Assembly (NCBI GenBank): GCA_028023455.1
Contig: JAQFVV010000008.1
Coordinates: 7,068,001 to 7,132,000 of the forward strand
Length of the DNA stretch: 64,000 nucleotides
Direction of reading: 5' to 3'
From: Epiperipatus broadwayi
Taxonomy: Eukaryota; Animalia; Onychophora
Positions 11,470-23,463 of this stretch are shown piece after piece (position 1 is the first letter of the stretch; each line of letters opens with the position of its first letter). The notes beneath the pieces are model-generated. The model saw nothing but the letters and a program-made list of their open reading frames with translations. It was not told the DNA's origin and ran no database searches. The translations under genes and the position numbers were made by a program.

Positions 11470-14400
11470 TGTGTAAGAATAGATGAGTCCATTACATTCT
11501 TTAATTTGCTAATGTACTGTGGCAAAGGCTTCTTTCTGCCAGATGCCTTTTCCTTTTATACCAGAAGATACACCTCTCTCATAGACCTCTACTATAACCC
11601 AGACTTTCATTTTATTATTGATCCATCTCTTCAACTCAGATCATCTCACTTTATCCCTCAGTATTTCCCTGGAATTCAATTCATGCTCCATTCCAAATCT
11701 AAACTCTACTACTAAAATTTTTCTTAAATCTTCATCCCCTGAAGCAAGCCTCTCAGGCATATATTTATTTCCACAAGATAAAAATTCTTATTCTACCACT
11801 GACAGATACCTGGCTCACCTTCATCGAAATTTTAATGTCAATTTATCCTATATTATACCTCACATAACAAAGGACCTTCGATGCTCTTAATGAATCTCAA
11901 AACGATTAACAAAAACCTACCCCTAAACTCAATTCCCAGTGATTCCCATCTTAAATCTAAAATCGCAGTTCAAAAGCAAACAACTTATTCTTATGGGATA
12001 TCTATTCACCAAAAAATCTAAGATCTACTTGAGTCACCCCCATAATTGGTTCAGAGGCTACATAAGGTGGACCCTGTGCCATAGAGATAAGCAAGTCCAC
12101 CATCCATCATTGTAAGGGACAGGCTCTATACTGGATCAAACATGAGTCGAGATTTTTTATATCTATTTCAGGGATAAGCTCCCCACCTTTCTATCAGAAA
12201 TCAGACAAGATGCTCCAATTGATTTATCAACCACAGACCAAAATATAACTAAGAGGGATATTCTTGAAAAATTAAGCTCCATGCCCAATAAAACCCATCC
12301 GGGTCTGCATGCAATTCCCCACTTCCTTCTATTACATTTATCCATCTTCTCCATACCAATCATATACAATCAAATCAACCACATTTCTTCTGGTATCTGA
12401 GATATCAGTGGGCACTACCCCATTGCAATGTTGCCTTTCCTCAAGCACCCCATCATTCCTTCACCACTGGAGAAACTTAGGCCCATCTCTATGACCCCAC
12501 TGATGGTCAAAGTTATCAAATAAAGTCATTAATGATAAGATTCAATCCAAAATTCTGCCCAATATATCTCAATATCAGTTTGCAAAAAAGGGCAAATCCA
12601 CTGCAGATTAAAATTTGTCATTGATCATATCAGGAAAGCCAGGCAGTCCAGACCAGTGCTAATGCAACTCGACATAGCTGCAGCCTTAAATTTCATCCAG
12701 CTTAATCATCTCATGTTCTTACTTGGCTAGCATGTCATTCCCCTCAGAATCATCATCATCAAAAATCTCTATACTCAAGAAATCTTTCATTTCCCTCAAT
12801 GGGAAACTATCCCCTCAATTTACTACTACGGCCTCCATCCCTAAGGGCTCCCCACTCAGCACCCTGTTTTTATTACCTACCTTAATCCCTTGCTGCTTCA
12901 AATCAAGAAGTCTCTTCCTGACATCTGCATCACAATATTAAAATATCTATCTCCCACATCACCTTCATGGATGACTTGGCTGTGTTTTTCCCTTTAAGAA
13001 ATCTAATTCCTCAGCTCCTCCTAATACTCGAAGAATTTTCAGATCAATCCAGCCTGCAATTTAATATGACCAAGTTGTCTGTGTAGAAAATAGACTCAGG
13101 TAACATCATCACCTCTCCATTCTCAGCAAAACCTCAAAATATCTTAGGCTATCCAATATTTTAAGTCATCCACTGCCATGAGGAAAATGATCCAAGATAA
13201 ACTGCTCCAATCATCACACAAAATTACCTCCGCCCGTTCTAAGGTGTATATGTCCATGTTTGTCAAGTCCTCCCTCATTAATATCCTTGTTTTCCCTAAA
13301 ATATCACACTTTACCCCTGTTATTGATTTTACCAAAGCATTCATTAGAAAAATTTTGTATCAATCGGGGAGGGAAGCTACAACAATTAGCTTGAGAAACT
13401 TCCAAAAACATAAAATTTAATGGTCTTTCCCTTCATTCCAGATAAACCTTTCAATTCCAACATACCTACCAACATCATCTATAGAATTTTCTTACAATAT
13501 TCTAATGCTCTACATTTTACCAAAACTCTCCCTACCGACAAACCCCCTTCCCCACATTGAAAAGTTTACAATCATACGCAATAAACCCTCCTCACAGAAA
13601 ATTATTTTTTGGGAAGTGTACCATATTATAAACCTGATGTTTCTCCTGACCCCACATTCCTAAATATTAATAACCATATTCAAAAAAAATTCAAACGATG
13701 GTTCCTTGAAACAAATTCTTTGACTTTCTGTTAAAAATCAATCTTAATGCATTTCCCACAAATCATTTCTTTGTACATTGTTGAGGTTTCTTGGGCATTG
13801 ATTCAATTTGCCCTTTGTGTCTCAGAAATGATGAAAATCTACCCACCTTCTTTGTCACTGCCTCTCCCTACAACCATACAGAGATTTTGCAGCCTCCATT
13901 TCAAGAAATAAAAATCCTACTCTTTCAACTCTCATCAAAAGCATTTTTCATGGGATCTTCCCTGAGATCTGATCAATATCCGTCATCTTTTTCTCATTAT
14001 GGTTCACTTGATGTTGGCTCATTTTTAATCTGGATCCAGAGAGCTCACTGGACACATTCATTAATAAACTCAAAAAAATTCATCAGAGGGACCAAAATCT
14101 GGCCCCTCACTACATATTTGAAGCCACATGGCAAGCAATTCCCATACCTCCTTAAAATTCCACTATTTTTATGCTTTATGACTTTCTTACATCCAAAAAT
14201 AACCAATCTATAATGGGTTTACTTCTATGCGGGATTCACAGTCCTTTTGTTCTTTCCCAAATTGTTTCTAAAATCTGGCCTATCACAATGAGAGAAATAT
14301 CTCCTGTGGAACTAGTGTTGCCTAAGTAAACTCTGCCCCTCAAGGGACAAGGACTTCTGAATTTCTCTCCTTGTAAATCACTGAAGTATAGCCTGAGATT

Positions 14401-14605
14401 GTTATCAAAAAAAACATTTCCCTTTCCCTTTGTAATAGAACATTCAAACCTTGTTTGGATTTTAACAATTGGCAGAATATGTAATTCCTGTTTTTCATTG
14501 TAAAGTACTGTAATCCAAATTTATTGATTTCACCTTCTGATTGTATCATTCTTTTACTTGTATTCACTGTTCTATAATAAAATTTCTATATTTATAAAAA
14601 AAAAT
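11470..14605 (+). mobile_element. Degenerate L1/Tx1-like LINE (RT and C-terminal zinc finger; weak endonuclease remnant)
   Basis: Motifs LRPISMT (~12477), QLDIAAA, NGKLSPQFTTTASIPKGSPLS, FMDDLAVF (~12965), then CPLCLRNDENL. AATAAA and an A-run lie at ~14576-14604. Confidence 0.85.
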
Positions 14606-15544
14606 TCAGTGCTTTATAATAATAGAATTTTTTCTACGATAGATTAACTAAATCTGTACAATTCAAAATTTGATTTTAACATCAAGCACACAATAGACCA
14701 AGCCCTGATTTAAGCCTGGTCAATGAGAGTTGGTGTATTACTGGTAAGCAAATGTGCAGAGATTTATAATATTTAAAAAATAGCACAACATGAGAGGTTG
14801 ACTTCCACTTTAGTAATCTCAAAATTTTCAGCGCTTTATAATAGATTTATATTATAACAATAAAAAAGATGAAGTAAAATAAAATCTGATTATGTGAAGT
14901 CTAAACATAATTAGAGACATACTAATTAATGAGACATTGATGTTTAGAGAATTTTTATCATATTACATAACCATAAAATACAAATAAAGTTGAAAGCAAT
15001 TAATTCCATTAATGATTACATTTCCAGATTGATCATCTACCTGTTATCCAATTCTATCTTAGTCATCTAGTAGCTTTTTTTATACTTAAATAAAATGAAA
15101 CACAATCCTACCTCATGCTATTTAGGAATAGTTAACATATTTTCTCATTTATTTAAGATTAGATTTAAAATAATTTCCATGAATAACTAATTACCTTCAA
15201 AAGATAGCTGGGATTATTTGGAGTAATGATGCAACAGTTTCTTTAACACTAGCATATTCTACTGATGAATACTGTTTGGAAAGTGTTCATATTAAATTCT
15301 GGATATCCATGTAAATATTTCCATGAAAAGTATAACGTACACTCAGGGTCTAACGTACACTCAGGTCTATTCCTTTACAGTGTTTTCCTGTTATATATTT
15401 CACTAGATATCAAAAGAAAAGTCACTTCTCAAAAAATTTATAAAAAAGTTGTTAAGTAGATTCGACTTGTTAATTGTCATATCTCACCTTGCCTTCAAAT
15501 ATCTCATCTTGCTGCTTATTTTCATCCGGTGTTGCTTTGCCAAT

Positions 15545-16890
15545 AGCTGGTCACAGAATTGTAGGTTCATTTAACCTAAGTTGGTTCTTGTAATGATGAT
15601 GATATTGTCTATCAGCAGTTTTAACCACTAACCCTTTAAGTCCAATTACCACTGCTGGAATCCATTTAGTGGTGACTTTGAACATGTGGCATAAGACATG
15701 AGTACCTATTTGCTTTTTTACACTTATAGTTTTGTGCATTATTTTGGGGTTCAAATCTGGATTACTATTTGCTTCTGGGTAAACCCTTTTTAAATTACTT
15801 ATAGTTAAGAGCTGCTTCACTTTTATCACTGCAAACCCTAAGTGTTTGAACCAGTCACAGCCTAATAAATTGCTATATTCACTTAATGCTACAACCAGCA
15901 GTAGATGTACAGTTTTATTAGGCATCGTAAGTTTAACTCCTGTCTGTTTCAAGAATGTTATTTGATTGCCTAGTAACTAGTTTTGATTTGCTGCTAGGAT
16001 GAAGCTGAAATTTATTATTCTTATTATTGATAGACCAGATCTTGTTTGATATTGTAGACACTGCAAACTCTGTATCCAGTTCCATTATGATTGGCGTAGC
16101 ATAAATAATAACTATGTGTTTGAAAACAGAATCACTATTTCTCATGTTGTTTATGCAGGTAATTTGTTTGCTTTTTTAAATCTAAATTAGCTTTTTTGTA
16201 TTTGGAATGGATTCATGCATTGTTGTTTTATAATAAAGCAATCAGTTCTTGTGTAACTGACATGCTTGCAACATTTACACTTAGTATATCAGTGTGGACA
16301 TTCTGTGAGTGCATGTATCAATTCATTATTGTAACAAACTTTTACTCATTGATTTATTTGAGCTGTCAGCCAGTACTTGACCAACCTAGTGTTTCCTCAA
16401 TACTTTGAATATTATAATCTATTTTTTCCAATGGCTTTGTTTGATTAGCTGTTGATTCTGCTAGTGTTGCTTGAGACAAAGCTCATCCAAAGTGTATGAC
16501 AGGATCTAAAACCAGTCATGAGCAAAATCTCACCAGATGAAACATTTGCAATCTACCAGTGATAAATCATCATCCAGATGTAATAGACCTTCAGTTCTAA
16601 GAACTCCAAGCAATGGACCTATTAAGAATATGACCAAACCAGAGAAACAACAAAACAAAGAAAACATCTTCCAACCTATCTGCATGACTACATTTTCCAG
16701 GGCAAATTTTAGCTGGGGGGATGATTGAGCATTCATTGCTGCTAACCAATGTGTATAGATAAAGATAACACACAGACAATGGCAAGAATAGGCCAGTAGG
16801 CAGTTATGCTCACTGAATTGAACATTTCCATTAAGTTTGGGGATCTGGCAATAAACAGCCTTTTTGAAAATAAGGCAGAGAATGACTATC
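15545..16890 (-). mobile_element. Internally deleted Gypsy-type LTR retrotransposon relic (gag-like, protease, integrase C-terminus)
   Basis: Protease PIIMELDTEFAVSTIS and LLVV..NLLGCDWFKHLG are followed directly by the integrase tail KWIPAVVIG..VVKTAD...HYKNQLR. No RT/RNaseH and no LTRs were identified. Confidence 0.75.
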
Positions 16891-16990
16891 AAACCTGAAA
16901 GATCGTAAGCATGTTCCAGAGAACAACTGTCAAACCTGAAAGACAGTATGCATTTTCCAGAGAACAATTGTTAAACCTGAATAACAGTAG
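16890..16990. repeat. 41-bp tandem repeat, ~2.5 units
   Basis: AAACCTGAA recurs at 16891, 16932 and 16973. Confidence 0.8.
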
Positions 16991-17756
16991 CCCTAGTTCT
17001 TCCTATAGAGTCAAAGGAAAAATCCTGCTAACCTGTTCTCCGGACTATAGCTATTTAAACTAATGGTTAATACAGTGAGGCAAGTCCATGTTTAGGACTG
17101 GAAGCTGCCAGAACCAAAGCCAATTCAAGGTAAGTTGTAAACATGGCTGGAAGAGTCACTGTACTACTCACAAGGAAAGCTGTTGAAGTACAGCTGGAAA
17201 TAGGTAGAGAAATAAATTAAGGGCACATTCAGTCCTTTCTTCGGCAGTTCATATTAAACTTGTAGCTATACCCTGCTAGACAGTAGTGGACAGAGTATAG
17301 CCACCATTAACTTAAATCTGTAAATATTGTAAATATATTAGAAATCACGTTATGTTTATATCAATATGAGTAATCCAGACTAAACACAAGTCTAATATTC
17401 CAAATATAGTTTCTTCATCTAAAACTCAAATCAAAACAAGATCATCTCTCAGAATGTTCAATTAAGAATCTAGATTTATGGCATAAATAATGAACTTTTT
17501 ATGAAGTTTATAAGATTCAAAATAAATTTCTTTTCTACATTCAGCAATAAAGCCAATTGGTTTTGATCTTTTCTAGATACAGCTGAACCCTCAATAACAT
17601 ATTTGAAACAATCTAAGGTCACTGCACTCATCTGTTTCATAAATAAAATTTAACAGTTACTTAATCTGTGTAGATGATGACAAACAAATTATGTCATAAT
17701 TAATAACAATCAAATATACAGCTGCAGTTGCAAAATTGAATTTTTTTTTTTTAAAA

Positions 17757-18850
17757 AAAAATCATTCAACACACTTTTCCTTTTGTCAAAATGTGTTTTT
17801 TATTTTATTTTATGAACCTTTTATTTTTATTAATCTTCCAACTTTTCAACTATATTTTATAGTCGTTTTCAAGAAATTTTCTTATAGTATATATATAAGG
17901 AATTCCCAAAAATAGCATAATAAAATACTTTTTCATATAAATTACAATTTTTCTCACCTTCCTGCTTTTTCTCAAATGTATCTATAACCTTTTACATTTA
18001 AAAATTTTCTAATTTAAATGTATTTTTTTATATATAGAAAATACCTTCAATTATTATAATTACTATCTCTCCAATTGCAATCAGATTTCTAACCCTTTCT
18101 ATTTAAAACTGGTTTTCTCATTTTTATATATAAACTTTGTTTAATTAATAAGATTCCATATTTTCCAGCATCTTTATTTTAAATTTAAATGCTTAGATTC
18201 TTTCATATGTAGGTATATACTAGAATTTTTATCTATTGAATGCTTTTTTAATATAATTTTCAATGTATTTTTTGTTGTTCTTACATGTGAAACTTTTTTA
18301 TTATCTCTCTTAGAATCTAAGCAATTTACAACATAAATGCCATTCATATTTTCCAATCCCTTCCTTTTTTTTTTTTAACATTTATTAATTTATCTAAATT
18401 TATCTTCTTATATACTGGTTTAATTGCAAATTTATTATTATACTTCCTATTTATGTCTTTTATTATTTTACTTCCCTTATAAAATATACTTTCTGATAAC
18501 TTAAAATTACTATAAATTTCTATATTTTTATATTCCTTATCTTTCATATATATTCTTTTTTATTCTTTCTATATTTTTACTTTCACATAATGTATTAATT
18601 AATTTAATAGGATAATTATTTATTCTTGCTTCACTTTTTATTATATCAATTTCTTCTTTTAATAATTTATTACTTGATCACAATATTATTGCTCTTATTA
18701 TATCAGCAATAGTAATTATTTTATGTATACAATTTATATGATTCCCAATTACTTAATAAATAATAAAAATTCTTTTCTGAAAATATTTGTTTCAATATTT
18801 TATTATTTATTGTTTTTTTTAATTCCAATATCCATATAATCAATCATATT
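17757..18850 (-). mobile_element. Family D: 3' part of a Penelope-like element (thumb, GIY-YIG, pLTR)
   Basis: Minus ORF GIYVVNCLDS...TTKNTLKIILKKH...SSIYLHMKESKH is GIY-YIG-like, preceded by FYKGSKII..FAIKPVY. A degenerate HHR-like motif CTTGAAAA-GACTAT/ATAGTT-GAAA lies at ~17840-17880. Confidence 0.7.
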
Positions 18851-19500
18851 ATTATTATAAAGAGAAGGAATTTGAACTCAGACTTTCAAACTCCCTACAA
18901 CTATTCACTCCATCTTATACAACTAATACCCATGATTACATACATGTGAAAAAGATAAATGATCTCCAAAGTATGTATTTCATGCCTAACTAGCATTCAT
19001 CAATTGGTCCAGATCATCATCTCCCACACATGTATGTAATCAGTGCTCAGTTTATGTTAAAATAGCAAATCTTCAAACTTTAATGGACAGAGTTCAATCT
19101 TCTCCATTTTTCAATTTTTCAGCCATCCATATTATTGAAAATTTGATGATGGAACACTCAAAGCCCATGTTGATGTCAATATTATTATCATATCCATGTT
19201 GACTTTAAGTCACTCTGTTCCCTAATGTATAGGACCTTACTATGGATGGGCAGTATATAGGCTGAATATGTAATATTTAAAAGGTAACATATACAACCTA
19301 TTTTCTATCCATTCCTCTTCTGTATATTTGAATGGACATATTAAAGTCCTATGTGTGAGGGGCCAGAGTGACTTAAATTCAACATGGGTATGACATTACT
19401 ATTGGCACCAACAGCATTCCCATCGTCAAATTTTCAATAATGTGAATGGGTGAAGAGTTGGAGAAAATTGAAACCTGTCATTTAAAATTTGAAGATTTAA

Positions 19501-19848
19501 ACCTTTAAATATCACATGATCACTATCTCCCATGCTTGCTAACAACTGTTGTTAAAATAGGCAAAACTCTCTCCTTACAGTAGTGCCACTCAAAACAAGA
19601 CAGAGTAATCAAGGCTTGTGCATAAAATCCCTATCTAGTGCCTACTCATCCAATATCCCCAAACTAGTTTCTGACTTGTGGCCTTTGTCAGTGAGGAGCC
19701 TTGGATCTGAGAGCACTGCACCTAGATCTTAGGATATTGGATGAGTAGGCACTAGATAGGGATTTTATGCACAAGCCTTCTGGCATCCATTGATTACTCT
19801 GTCTTGCTATGAGTGGCACTACTGTATGAAGAGGGCTTTACCTATTTT
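19501..19848 (-). mobile_element. Family A copy nested in family B, with 13-bp duplication
   Basis: Flanked by AATTTGAAGATTT at 19486-19498 and 19849-19861. Tail on the left (19501-19555). HHR on the minus strand has core mutated to CTGACAA. Confidence 0.85.
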
Positions 19849-19910
19849 AATTTGAAGATTTGCTATCTTAATATAAACCAAGCCCTGATTATATATGTGT
19901 GGAAGATGAT

Positions 19911-19965
19911 GATCTGGACCAATTGATGAGTGTTGGTTCAGCAGGAAATACATATATTGGAGATC
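19911..19965 (+). ncRNA. Family B type I hammerhead (C3 mutated)
   Basis: GATCT-GGA-CCAA TTGATGA GTGTTG-GTT-CAGCAG GAAA TACATA TA TTGG-AGATC. Stem I has 4+5 bp around a GGA bulge; stem II has a ~5-bp core. Confidence 0.6.
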
Positions 19966-20059
19966 ATTTATTTTTTTTACATATATGTGATCATGTGGAT
20001 AACTATAGGAAGCTTGAATGTTTGAGTTTAAATCCCTTCTAATTAGATTAAGTTCAGTA

Positions 20060-20512
20060 TAGACAATATACTTGCATTTAAATATTACATATTATTAATA
20101 ATAGAATAAATAGAGCAAAATGTTTGTGCTCTAATAATAAATTTTTAAAAGAAGAAATTAATATAATAAAAAGGAATTAAAAGAATATTGAATGAGTAAG
20201 CATTAGATAGGGATTTAAAAGCACAAACTTTCTGGGCATATATTAATTACTATAGCTTGTTTTGGGTGACACTACTGTATAGAGAAGGTTGCTACTATAT
20301 GAAAGAAAGCAGGAAGTAAGTTATAAAAATTGTTATTATATGAAAAATTATTTTTATTATGTTATTTTTGGAAAGTGTTTATATATATATATTATAACTA
20401 TCCTTGGCAATGATCATAAAATATGGTTGAAACTTTGGAAGATTAATATAAAAAAAAGTTCATAAAAAAAAAAAAAAATTGAAAAGAAGAAAAGTGTGTT
20501 GAATGATTTTTT
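20060..20512 (+). mobile_element. Family D inverted, deleted copy containing a family A fragment (20170-20292)
   Basis: 20300-20512 is the reverse complement of 17757-17980, and 20060-20170 matches 18600-18720. HHR-like CTTGGCAA-TGATCAT/ATGGTT-GAAACTTTGG at 20400-20443. Confidence 0.7.
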
Positions 20513-20649
20513 AAAATATATATATTGAAATTAATGGACCACATTTGTAAAAATAAAGGGGTGAAATATTCAATTTTTATTAAATCTATTTCCTATTTGG
20601 CATCTACAAGTTTCTTTAGTATATTTTCTTAATAGTTGAGCTATCAAAA

Positions 20650-22950
20650 AAAAATTATATTCTAATTATATATAATTTTCAAGCATTATTGATCCACTGA
20701 AAGATTAAAGTTTTTTTAAGTTTAATCCAATTTTGCTGATCAATAACTTCTCTTCATATTTGTCTAGCAAGGTTTCTTATCTCATTCATCCATCTTATAT
20801 AAGATCTTTTCTAATTCTTTTACAATTTCTCAGAATTCAGTTTAAAATTTCAATAGACCATCTATTATTATTATTTTAACAATATATCCAGTCCACATGA
20901 GCTCCATTTCAATGCCTTAATTTTTTCAGTGATATCAGTAATAATTATTTATCCATGCATTTTGCATTTAATTCCTCATTGTTATTTTTAACATAATATT
21001 TTCATGTGTAGTCTGAAGTCTCTGTATTACTCTTTTTTCTAAGTATCCAGGTCTCAGATCCATATGCAAGAACTGGTAAAATGCATCTGTTAAATCTTTT
21101 TCTTTTTAAATGCACAGGTACATGTCCTTTAACATTAAGTTATTTCTATCAAAAGCTCTTCATCCATGTTCAATTCTATGGCTAATTTAATAAATTCTGT
21201 TTTCATTTGTATTAATAATATTACTAAAATATTAATTAGTATCATTCTTTATTTTATTTTATTTTTTGTGAAAAACCATTGAGCATTAGGTTTTTTAACT
21301 TTTATCTTTAATCTCAATTTCTGGCTTTCTTTTGATTATTCTTATAGCATTTTCTAAAGTTCTGAAGCATTATGATATAAATAATCTTTATTATTTTTAT
21401 TTCCTTTGTTTTTATTTTAATTAATAAAATATTTTTTTATGAAATTGCAGAAACAAGTTTAAAGATATGGAATTATGTGATTGTGAAGATTTAATAATAA
21501 ATAATCACATCTTTCTTTGTCATTATTCTAAGTTATGTCAGCCTTCTTAGTATTGATTTATAATTCAATTATAGCTGTTGCATTTTGATAAATATTCCTT
21601 ACAATTGGACAATATCCTGTGTTTTAATATCACTTTGAAGTTGCTTATAGAATCAAATGGTTTTTTAATCTTACAAATGCAAAGCATAATGGTAATTCAA
21701 CTCATTGATTTTTTTGTATCTCTTAATATTTAAGGAGTGATCTATGTTAAAATCACTTTTAAATCTAGATTGGTCTTGTCGTTGGTTTGAGTCCAAAGTT
21801 TTTTGTAGATGAGTTGTAATGCTCTTACTAAACATTTTGTATACAACTGTCAGAAGAAAACAGGCAAAACTCTCCATACAGTAGTACCACTCAGTGCAAT
21901 AACAGCTATGAGCAAGCTTAGGAAATGGTAATCATGTCAACTGTCTGAAGACTGATAAATCTTTTATTTTTTAAATCTTTTTCACTTTTGTTAAATATTA
22001 AAATCATTATCACATTCTTTCAATTATCTGGTACATTTTTATAATCATCTAGTACATCTTTATCATTTAGACATTTGGTGTATAAATTTTTCTAACAATT
22101 TCCTTACCTCTTCAGTTGCTTCTTCTTAAGATATTGATAATTCCATTACTTCAAAATGTTGAGATTTAATTGCAAATCTCACTTCTTCATTTTAAAATAC
22201 TTGGGATTTCAAAAAATGTTGTGAATATAGGAACTTTTTTTTTTCTTCTTTGTATTACTATATAATTTTTGTAAATTTTTTTCACACCTTTCATGATGTC
22301 ATCCTTTTTTTAGTTGTAGTGCCATCTTTTATACTTTTGAGCCTTCTCTTCTTTTCTATAGCTTTCCTCACAAATTCGCAGCTACATTTTTTAATATCAT
22401 TATTTTTTTTTTTTTACTATTTTATAGAATTTCAAATATTAGATATTTCTAATTAATTATTTTTAAAAAAAATTCATAATCTTTCTTTTCTTCATACAAA
22501 GTCATGCTATTTACTAGCAAATTGCTACTTTCATTAATATCAGATATCCACATAACAGTTCTTAGTAAAGTGTCAGTTAAATTCTTGTTGGTCAAATTAA
22601 TATTTGATCTTCATTGTTTTTGTTTCTCAGTTTGACATTTCTTTAATGAATTATATTTTCCTTGAATTTATCAAGTACACTGCGTCTTGAAATATATTTT
22701 TTCTATTAGTCAGAATTTACTTCATCAAAATGAGAACCTGCTGGGCATAAATCTGAAATATTTGCATTATGTGTTTTTTATTAAGTTGAATAATAATTTT
22801 TGTCATTTTATTTGATATTCCATGAAGCTCCACAATGCTACTTTTCCATTTTTTATTTGCAATGAATCTCATTTCATTTGTGATTCCAATATTTATGTCT
22901 TTATAACAAGGAACATGACTACTTTTCTAAACAATTATCTCTTCATCTTT
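20650..22950 (-). mobile_element. Degenerate RTE-clade LINE (APE and RT)
   Basis: Motifs IANKKWKSSIVELHGISNK, QIYAQ (cf. QVYAP), LLTVVYKMFSKSIT..LDSNQ..DQSRFKS and CILPVLAYGSETW. A family A end fragment is inserted at ~21859-21900. Confidence 0.85.
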
Positions 22951-23358
22951 TTTTTTAATTTCGCAAATTCTGACAATGTTCTATTTAATACTGGACAAAT
23001 ATTTATTTAATTCATGCAATATACATATGTAGATAGATAAATAAAAGAATCATCATTGAATGATAATTTTAGGATTTGATGCTTTCAATCACCAATCAGT
23101 CTCTTTACAGCCTTCAGGATATGCTGACTATCATTTACTTTTATCAGCCATGATTGTGTATTTAATTGATAGTGATCATTCACATATACATTTAAACATT
23201 CATTCTACTTTCAAGTAATCCAGCTGACATTTAAATTAAAAAATATCAGACATCTGTGAAATTAAACCATGGTAAAAGCAGTAAAATTCATTTTGCTAAT
23301 TGATGTGCATTGGTGAACAATCCATCTATGTTTATTTATTATATGAAAAATTACATAC

Positions 23359-23463
23359 GGAATGGACATTAGAAGTTTGCCTTGCTCGATTCCTTTAAGA
23401 CCTCTAAGAGAATTATGAATGTCACCTTTCAATTTACAATAAATACTTTTCTGAAGACATTTA
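23359..23463 (-). CDS. Candidate 105-nt exon, faint resemblance to SETD3/4-type SET N-terminus
   Basis: Acceptor AAATTTCAG|, donor CC|GTATGT, single open frame KCLQKSIYCKLKGDIHNSLRGLKGIEQGKLLMSIP (cf. RGL....I..G..I.SIP). The family assignment is from memory and is weak. Confidence 0.35.

Larger units (their letters stand above)
18863..20094. mobile_element. Family B inverted pair, locus 1 (interrupted by a family A copy)
   Basis: Left arm begins AGAAGGAATTTGAACTC. Right arm ends GAGTTTAAATCCCTTCT (20040) plus a ~50-nt tail. HHR motifs at 18961-19015 (-) and 19911-19965 (+). Confidence 0.85.

Noticed and set aside
15262-15300. CTGATGA...GAAAGTGTTC
   Set aside because: No stem I or stem II pairing.
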